Shown here: in pieces, positions 32,803 to 39,371 of the stretch
Layout of the letters: each line of letters starts with the position of its first letter
Numbering within the stretch: position 1 is the stretch's first letter
Sequence record: SRR31156797_21211
Direction: 5' to 3' (one strand)
DNA: 39,371 nt
Program-made: the position numbers and the translations under genes
Notes under the pieces: model-generated
What the model saw: the letters and a program-made list of their open reading frames with translations, nothing else
What the model was told of the DNA's origin: nothing
Databases searched by the model: none

Positions 32803-33657
32803 TTATGGATTTTCTACCTTTTGAACGGCATTATTCGTGATGATCCGATTGCTAAAGGCATTGACCGTTTCGATTTGGATGGTGTCATCGCCATCTAATT
32901 GGAAAGCAATAAACCATGCAGGAATATACACATTTTTTTCCCTAACCTTCAAAATCATCGTATAGGCTAATTCCGTCCAGAGAATTTTCGAGTGACTTGG
33001 CAGCTTGTTGTTCAGATAAAGCGTATTTACTGCTTCTTTTTCTGAATAGACCGTCATCTTTTCCCTTAGAGGCGTAATATTGGAGATATGTGTTTGCGTA
33101 TAACGGGCAATCTGCAGTAGATCATCCGTTTGTTCTAAGGTGATATCGATCCGACTTGAGCTGTCATTGAAAGGAATGCCTTCATACGACTGGACCGCCA
33201 CCACCGTCGGATGATTGGCGTTCAAGACAGAGAGGTTTTCCAAATAGTCATATTCATCCCCAAACAGGACTTGGTCTTTACGTTGCAAGAAACCATTGAC
33301 GGTTTCTTCCGTTTGAGAATCATCACTGATATAAAAGCCATTGGTTGAGACATGGATCAACTGCTGCCCTTTGACCGTCGACCCTCTTTTGAACTGAGTA
33401 TTGAGTTGCGGATTTCGTAGTTCTGCCTCAAAATCCGTCTGTTCACCGCTCAAATAATAGCCACTCAAGACCTCGTCTGATAATTCACCAGAATACCGAA
33501 TGTCCTCAGAATCGAGTCGTTGTTCGATAGGAATCGTTTGGTTTGATTGTGAAACCATCTGATGCTCGCTGCGAGCCTCACTATAAACATTGAATAAAAA
33601 GACATTCAGACCAAGAAAAGCGAGGAAAAAAATCCATTCGATTCGTTTAAAATCCAA
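32803..33657 (-). CDS. yycI: WalK regulator YycI
   Basis: MDFKRIEWIFFLAFLGLNVFL N-terminus; position in the wal operon. Confidence 0.92.
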   Translation of the reverse strand: MDFKRIEWIFFLAFLGLNVFLFNVYSEARSEHQMVSQSNQTIPIEQRLDSEDIRYSGELSDEVLSGYYLSGEQTDFEAELRNPQLNTQFKRGSTVKGQQLIHVSTNGFYISDDSQTEETVNGFLQRKDQVLFGDEYDYLENLSVLNANHPTVVAVQSYEGIPFNDSSSRIDITLEQTDDLLQIARYTQTHISNITPLREKMTVYSEKEAVNTLYLNNKLPSHSKILWTELAYTMILKVREKNVYIPAWFIAFQLDGDDTIQIETVNAFSNRIITNNAVQKVENP

Positions 33658-34968
33658 TTAATTCTCCTCCGTTTCTGCTAATTTTGTCATTAATGCATCA
33701 TAGCTAATCCAAGACGAGTCATAATTGACATACCAAGCAGGTGTCAAATCAACCAGTGGTGCATCTTTGATCTCCCCCCATTGATAGCCGACGATGATCT
33801 GTTGCAACAACGCTGGGTCAGCCCCTGCCGCAATCAAATCATTTTTGACTGACAAACTAGAAGGCAATTCAATCTCCGTTTCAGAAGGAATCGGCACTTG
33901 GATCGCATTCAAGCTGGCAGAAATCGTCATTTCACGACTGCCGGTCTGACCACTTTCTGAAAAAGCGACACTGATCACCCCCTGGCCGCCAGTACTAAAG
34001 ACTGGATAGCCTTCGACGAAAACCCGATAATCCAAGTGTTTGTCTTGTTGATCAAAATAGCGGATCGTCCCAAAGTTATTGCCTAGACGAATAATGTAAT
34101 CCGCACTCAACATTGCCAGATCCATTTCATCGGAACCGTCTGTGGTGGTTTCAAACTTGACTTGCTGCTGATCTTGCAAGACAGTCATGTTTTGCCCACC
34201 TTCATAATAGTAGGTATCGACACTTTCGTCGTTGATCTTGACATTTTTAGGATTGCTGAAAAAGGCTTCTCGGAACAAACTCTGAGACTGTGTCGAAGAA
34301 TAGTAGCTGTATTTTTTTAGCTTGATCGAATCCTGCGTATAGTATTGATTGCTGGATCGTTCTTGATCAGTCCTCATTGCCGTCCATTCCCGAGGATTGT
34401 CTGCTAGTAAGTGTTTTACTTGGCTTTTATCCCAGTCGATCTTGCCTCGAACTACTCGTTGATGGGTAAAGTCAACAAATTGGATCGTATTTTCTTCAAG
34501 ATCAAACTGGATGCGAGAAAACGGAAAATCCTCTGTTTCACTTTCGTCCTCTAAGGACAGTTCTTTATCAAAGGTTTTCTCGTAATCTTTCAAGTAAAAC
34601 GTCGTATAGTAGTTTAAGGATATTCCTTGATCGACCTCTTGGGCTTTCGAAAAAGCCTGTTCTTCACCATAGGTTCGCAGGGTCAAATCACTGATCGTTG
34701 CCTCGTTGATCACCTCTTGGATCTCTCGAATCACCGCTTCAGAGTTGGTTTCTTTGATATCCTCTTCGTCATTCCATGTCAGATATAGGGGCAAAAACAA
34801 ATCACTTTTTTGTTTGTAGGTTTGAACCGAAGGATTGACGCCAGTATCTGTTTCGGTGCTGGCATTGTTGAACCCGGTCGGATTTAGCCAAATCATATAG
34901 GAGAAATAAAAACTCAAGGCGATCATCACGATCAAACCTGCTCGAATGATTTTTTCTGAGATTCTCAT
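33658..34968 (-). CDS. yycH: WalK regulator YycH
   Basis: N-terminal TM, VEGYPVF, LTPAWYV; start overlaps the walK stop (ATGA). Confidence 0.9.
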   Translation of the reverse strand: MRISEKIIRAGLIVMIALSFYFSYMIWLNPTGFNNASTETDTGVNPSVQTYKQKSDLFLPLYLTWNDEEDIKETNSEAVIREIQEVINEATISDLTLRTYGEEQAFSKAQEVDQGISLNYYTTFYLKDYEKTFDKELSLEDESETEDFPFSRIQFDLEENTIQFVDFTHQRVVRGKIDWDKSQVKHLLADNPREWTAMRTDQERSSNQYYTQDSIKLKKYSYYSSTQSQSLFREAFFSNPKNVKINDESVDTYYYEGGQNMTVLQDQQQVKFETTTDGSDEMDLAMLSADYIIRLGNNFGTIRYFDQQDKHLDYRVFVEGYPVFSTGGQGVISVAFSESGQTGSREMTISASLNAIQVPIPSETEIELPSSLSVKNDLIAAGADPALLQQIIVGYQWGEIKDAPLVDLTPAWYVNYDSSWISYDALMTKLAETEEN

Positions 34969-36806
34969 ACCCACCAATCCTCCTCATACGGTTCATAAGG
35001 CAACATGATGTAAAATGTTGACCCGCGATTTTCTCGACTTTCCGCCCAAATCGCACCGCCATGAGCTTTGATGACTTCACGTGAGATCGCCAACCCTAAG
35101 CCGGTGCCTCCTTGTTGGCGGGCTCGAGCTTTATCGACTCGATAAAAACGATCAAAGATCTTCGTGAGATCTTTTTTCGGAATTCCTAGTCCTTGGTCAT
35201 TGATGCTAAGGACGATGTTGTTATGAGTCTCCATCAATTTCACCGTAATAATCCCACCATCTGGCGAATATTTGATGGCATTATTCATGATGTTGTCGAT
35301 CACTTGGATCATTTTGTCCGTATCGACTTCCACCCACAATTCTCGTTTGGTGAACTCCCGACGAATCAAATATTTTTTGCTTTCATTCGTCACCATCATG
35401 TCAAAACGATCCAACACGAAATTAACCATTTCATTGAAATTGATGTATTCCAACTGCAGTTGCGAATTGCCGCTATCCATCCGCGACAGACTCAACAGGT
35501 CATTGATCATGCGAATCATTCGATCCGTTTCATCCAAAGTCACTTTCAAAAAGTTCGGCGCAATTTCTGGATCTTTCCAAGCACCCTCACTCAGCGCTTC
35601 GATGTAACTACGCATACTCGTTAGAGGTGTTCGCAACTCATGGGAAACGTTGGAGACAAATTCTCGCCGTTCCTGCTCATTTTTTTCTTGTTCCGTGACA
35701 TCGTGCATTACCGCAACTAGACCGGAAATGAACCCGGACTCTCGACGGATCATGGAGAAATCAATGCGCAAGATCAGATTTGTTCCCGTCAAATCATTGC
35801 TAGGACGTTCCAAAAGCATGTCTTCAGGATTTTCCAAAAGCTTTCGTAACGTGTATTCTTCATCGATTTCCAATAACGTCAAAATCGACTGCCCGATCGC
35901 TTCTTCGTTTGTGACATTCAACAAGGACATCGCCATCTCATTGATGGTAATGACTTTGCCTCGTCGGTCGGTGGCAACAACGCCGTCTGTCATGTGGGAT
36001 AAGACACTATCCAAGCGATTTCGCTCGGACTCCATCGCCTCTTGAGTCTCTTCGATTCGTTCTCCTAGTTGATTGAAGGTTTCCGCCAATTGTCCCAATT
36101 CATCTTTTCCATGAATCGCGACCTTGCGGCTATAATCTCCTTTAGCGATGCGAATCGCTTGTTCCCGCATCTCTCCAATTGGTTGGGTAATCGAACGAGA
36201 GACCAATAGTGCCACAATGATCGAAATCACTGCCGCAATCAGCGAGGCGGTAACAAAAATGACCGCCGTCGTACTGACTTCATTGTACTTTGACTCTAGA
36301 TTGCTCCGTAAATAAAGGGTTCCTAAAACGGTATCCCCAGTCGGTGATTGGATCGACTGGACGATATTGAACACCCGCTGACCGCTGGATTCATCATAAA
36401 GGACTTCACTGCGGTTCGTATCGTAATCACGGTAATCATTTTTTTCACCCACCGAGCCACGATCATTGATATTGGTGGTTGCACGAATAATCCCTTGCTC
36501 ATCCACCACCCGCATCTCCAAAATTTCTGAAGAGTTGGTACTCGTTAAGATTCGATTCAAGGAAGCATTCATGGAATCCCAATCCAATCCGTCATCATTA
36601 TCCATGCGACTCAATTCAGAGCCTAATGTCACCACTAACGTGCTGGCCCGTGCCTCCATGTCGCGTTTGAAGGCATCGACCGTTGTTCTTTCCAATTCGC
36701 GAATAAAATACGCCCCGATAATCTGGATCGCAATCAATAAGATCAAGATAAAAGTCAGGGCGATTTTGAAGTTCACCGATTGAAAAAAGCGAACCTTATT
36801 TTTCAT
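34965..36806 (-). CDS. walK: Sensor histidine kinase WalK (YycG/VicK)
   Basis: Two TM, HAMP, PAS, SNVSHELRTPLTS, HATPase, YEEDWW tail. Confidence 0.98.
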   Translation of the reverse strand: MKNKVRFFQSVNFKIALTFILILLIAIQIIGAYFIRELERTTVDAFKRDMEARASTLVVTLGSELSRMDNDDGLDWDSMNASLNRILTSTNSSEILEMRVVDEQGIIRATTNINDRGSVGEKNDYRDYDTNRSEVLYDESSGQRVFNIVQSIQSPTGDTVLGTLYLRSNLESKYNEVSTTAVIFVTASLIAAVISIIVALLVSRSITQPIGEMREQAIRIAKGDYSRKVAIHGKDELGQLAETFNQLGERIEETQEAMESERNRLDSVLSHMTDGVVATDRRGKVITINEMAMSLLNVTNEEAIGQSILTLLEIDEEYTLRKLLENPEDMLLERPSNDLTGTNLILRIDFSMIRRESGFISGLVAVMHDVTEQEKNEQERREFVSNVSHELRTPLTSMRSYIEALSEGAWKDPEIAPNFLKVTLDETDRMIRMINDLLSLSRMDSGNSQLQLEYINFNEMVNFVLDRFDMMVTNESKKYLIRREFTKRELWVEVDTDKMIQVIDNIMNNAIKYSPDGGIITVKLMETHNNIVLSINDQGLGIPKKDLTKIFDRFYRVDKARARQQGGTGLGLAISREVIKAHGGAIWAESRENRGSTFYIMLPYEPYEEDWWV

Positions 36807-36809
36807 AGC

Positions 36810-37514
36810 TTATTCCTGTTCTGGGTTCCGCAAGTAATAGCCCACTCCGCGACGAGTAACCAAATAGTTTGGATGGCTCGGGCTGTCTTCGATTTTTTCA
36901 CGCAAACGGCGCACCGTCACGTCAACGGTTCGGACATCACCAAAGTAGTCATAGCCCCAGACAGTTTGCAATAAATGTTCTCGGGTCATCACTTGACCAA
37001 GATGTTTTGCCAAGTAGTGCATCAATTCAAACTCCCGGTGCGTCAATTCGATGGCTGCACCATTTTTAGTGACCATGTAGGCATCGGGATGAATCGTTAA
37101 ATCACCAATCGTTAATTCGCTGTTGGCATTGTCGTCTGCTTCCTTCGCAGCTGCCGAGCCGCGACGCAGATTGGCTTTGACGCGGGCCACCAATTCCCGG
37201 TTTGAAAATGGTTTGGTTACATAATCGTCCGCACCAAGCTCAAGGCCTAGTACTTTATCGATTTCAGAATCTTTGGCTGTGACCATGATGATCGGCATGT
37301 CATGGGTTTTGCGCACTTCCCGTGCAACTTCCAATCCATCCATTTTTGGTAGCATCAAATCAAGCAAAATCAGATCAGGATCGACCTCGGCTACTTTTTC
37401 TAATGCCTCTTCTCCATCATAGGCGGTATATACTTCATATCCTTCTTTGGTTAAATTAAATTTGACGATATCAGAAATTGGTTTCTCATCGTCCACGACT
37501 AGGATCTTTTTCAA
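36810..37514 (-). CDS. walR: Response regulator WalR (YycF/VicR)
   Basis: [20 protein letters not shown]...[25 protein letters not shown] start after GAGGTG; TATAAT at 37549-37554. Confidence 0.98.
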   Translation of the reverse strand: MKKILVVDDEKPISDIVKFNLTKEGYEVYTAYDGEEALEKVAEVDPDLILLDLMLPKMDGLEVAREVRKTHDMPIIMVTAKDSEIDKVLGLELGADDYVTKPFSNRELVARVKANLRRGSAAAKEADDNANSELTIGDLTIHPDAYMVTKNGAAIELTHREFELMHYLAKHLGQVMTREHLLQTVWGYDYFGDVRTVDVTVRRLREKIEDSPSHPNYLVTRRGVGYYLRNPEQE

Positions 37515-37616
37515 AAATGTCACCTCAATTTTTTTTGGTTTCTTACTTATTATACATTATTTAAACGGGCTTTTCATCTTTCCCAAAAACCGCGGCCTTA
37601 TTCTTAAGGAAAGCAC

Positions 37617-37648
37617 AAAAAAAGAAAGGCACGGGGCCTTTCTTTTTT
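37617..37648. terminator. Terminator after degV
   Basis: AAAAAGAAAGGC-ACGGG-GCCTTTCTTTTTT. Confidence 0.8.
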
Positions 37649-38507
37649 ACTCTTCTAAAAGCTGGATACCGATCCCTAACAACCCAGGACCCGTGTGGAC
37701 GACTAATGCGGGAGAAATTTGTCCAAATAAGATTTCTTTGACCTTAGGAAATTCGGCTTCTAATCGTGCTTTCATTTCTTTGGCTTCTTGCAGTGCATCA
37801 CCTTGCGCCACAGCTAAACGCACATGGCGATGATCACCGATGAATTGCTTGATCAAGTCAACGGTTTTGTCCAAGCTTTTCTTCCGTCCACGAGATTTTG
37901 CGACCGTATAGTAGATCCCTTCTTCATTACAAGAGATAATTGGATTCAATTTCAAGGCATTGCCTAAGATGGATGCGACCAGACCGATGCGGCCGCCTTT
38001 TTGTAAATACTCTAAGGTAGCTACGTTGAAAAAGACTTTGTTTTTCGGCACTTCATTCGTTAATTGTGCCCGCAGTTCTTCCCAAGTCACGCCTTTTTCT
38101 AACAGTTCTGCTGCACGAATCGCTTGCAGCCCTGCACCGATTCCGATATTTTTCGTATCAAGCACGAAAACCTCAAGATCCGTCCGTTGTTCACCTAACA
38201 GGCGAACAACATTAAACGTTCCACTCAATCCGCTGGAGATGGTTACAGCAAAGACTTTTTCATACCCATCGGCTTTGATCCGATCAAAGATTTCCCCGAT
38301 CGCCGCGCCATCAGGTAATGAAGTACTAGGAATCTCTTGCGGCAAACGTTCGTAAATTTCTTCGGCAGTAATATCAACTTTATCGGTATAGGTCCGATCC
38401 TTGTAAATAATTTGCAATGGCAGCATATACATGCCGTATTGCTCCATGATCTGTGCGGGAACATCGGTACCTGAATCAACTAATAGGGCAATTTTCTCTT
38501 TATTCAT
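37647..38507 (-). CDS. DegV family fatty-acid-binding protein (FakB-like)
   Basis: DSGTD, STSLP, ISSGLSGT, LQKGGRIG, HTGPG. Confidence 0.93.
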   Translation of the reverse strand: MNKEKIALLVDSGTDVPAQIMEQYGMYMLPLQIIYKDRTYTDKVDITAEEIYERLPQEIPSTSLPDGAAIGEIFDRIKADGYEKVFAVTISSGLSGTFNVVRLLGEQRTDLEVFVLDTKNIGIGAGLQAIRAAELLEKGVTWEELRAQLTNEVPKNKVFFNVATLEYLQKGGRIGLVASILGNALKLNPIISCNEEGIYYTVAKSRGRKKSLDKTVDLIKQFIGDHRHVRLAVAQGDALQEAKEMKARLEAEFPKVKEILFGQISPALVVHTGPGLLGIGIQLLEE

Positions 38508-39066
38508 GGGCTTCTCCTTTATGTGTTTCTAAATAAATGACTTCTAATTCGATGGTTTTTTCTGCCAACAATTTATTAGCAAAGGAACGCGTTGCACCTT
38601 TCATGGCCACTAATTCAATCGGGATTGGTTCCGATGCCATTTGCTCGGGCTCTCCCATTGCTTCTTTGCCAACAAGATGAATTGCTTTTTCTTGTTCTTC
38701 ACAAAATACATTATAGGCATTTCTGATTCCGACAGCTTTCCCTTGAAAAAGGATGCCTGTCTTTATTTCTGGAATTGTCAACACTTGCTTCAGCATCGTG
38801 ATCGCGATCAAAAATGCGAGATGCTTTTGGTTGTAACGTTTTTTTTCTGGTGCGGGGATCATCCCTTTTTTGACATAATTATTGACCATAGAAGAGGTCA
38901 ATAGCGGATGTTTTTCTGTTTGGATCACAGGTGATAAATATTGGTCAATCAAAGTGATTACCTGATCCATATACAGTTCCAGGGTTGGCAACTCTTCCCA
39001 CCTAGGCAGATGGAATTCCAGCAGCGATTCACCCCATGTTTTCATGTCCGATTGTAATTTTTCCAT
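38500..39066 (-). CDS. DUF1836 domain protein (predicted HTH DNA-binding protein)
   Basis: LPRWEELPTLELYMDQVI...LTSSMVNNYVK...KKRY; GGAGG RBS before ATG 39066; overlaps degV. Confidence 0.85.
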   Translation of the reverse strand: MEKLQSDMKTWGESLLEFHLPRWEELPTLELYMDQVITLIDQYLSPVIQTEKHPLLTSSMVNNYVKKGMIPAPEKKRYNQKHLAFLIAITMLKQVLTIPEIKTGILFQGKAVGIRNAYNVFCEEQEKAIHLVGKEAMGEPEQMASEPIPIELVAMKGATRSFANKLLAEKTIELEVIYLETHKGEAHE

Positions 39067-39115
39067 GTCATCCTCCATTTTGACTAACAGAAGGTTAGAT
39101 TATCACAAACTAATC

Positions 39116-39136
39116 ATCTAGTTTCGATAACTAGAT
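39116..39136. promoter_or_regulatory. Dyad ATCTAGTT-N5-AACTAGAT over the predicted +1 of the DUF1836-degV promoter
   Basis: Perfect 8-bp arms; extended -10 TGaTAAAAT at 39139-39147 on minus. Confidence 0.65.
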
Positions 39137-39287
39137 ACATTTTATCACGGTTTTCTGAGTTTTTAAAGCAATCTGATCAATCTTTTAAGAATTTCCTATC
39201 ATTTGAAATTGGGGAACGAATGGTGTTTTTTTAAGATAACCCCTGTTTTCCAACTGAAAAAAGCGCACATTTTTTTCAAAAGAATGA

Positions 39288-39316
39288 TTGATTTTTAAAC
39301 ACCGGAGTGCTAAGAT
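39288..39316 (+). promoter_or_regulatory. sigmaA promoter of the tRNA
   Basis: TTGATT-17bp-TAAGAT with extended TG. Confidence 0.65.
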
Positions 39317-39335
39317 AATGAAGTACTTTTGGTAC

Positions 39336-39371
39336 GGGCCGTTAGCTCAGTTGGTAGAGCAGCTGACTCTT
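39336..39371 (+). tRNA. tRNA-Lys(CTT), 5' half, truncated by the window end
   Basis: GGGCCGTTAGCTCAGTTGGTAGAGCAGCTGACTCTT: acceptor strand, D-arm, anticodon stem and CT-CTT loop. Confidence 0.9.

Noticed and set aside
39170..39371. Integrated element at tRNA-Lys
   Set aside because: Only the 5' half of the tRNA is in the window; no integrase or att duplication is visible.

Overview
This is a chromosomal window from a low-GC Firmicute, almost certainly Enterococcus (style suggests the E. casseliflavus/gallinarum group; not verified). It runs from the 5' end of a cold-shock gene (cspA-like, truncated) to a truncated tRNA-Lys(CTT). Sugar uptake genes: three beta-glucoside/cellobiose PTS + GH1 modules, each with its own regulator (RpiR, GntR, RpiR). 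Envelope genes: a lipoprotein, an orphan OppA, oleate hydratase, a 4xSH3b-NlpC/P60 peptidoglycan hydrolase, a PgaD/PgaC-like exopolysaccharide synthase pair and a CPBP protease. Other genes: a Cof HAD hydrolase, a MerR/GNAT pair, MazG-like and GNAT genes, a DUF697-like gene, groES-groEL with CIRCE, walRK-yycHI-walJ and DUF1836-degV. No CRISPR, prophage or transposase was seen. The best leads are non-coding or very small: an orphan cluster of NrdR-like and DnaA boxes inside a candidate sRNA unit (about 17.0-17.3 kb), small ORFs of 51 aa and 38 aa missed by the ORF track, a candidate operator for the uncharacterised DUF1836 protein, a textbook MerR promoter driving a GNAT, a possible flavinylation motif in the lipoprotein, and a PNAG-like synthase pair with no adjacent deacetylase. 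All calls come from motif recognition by eye; no database searches were run.
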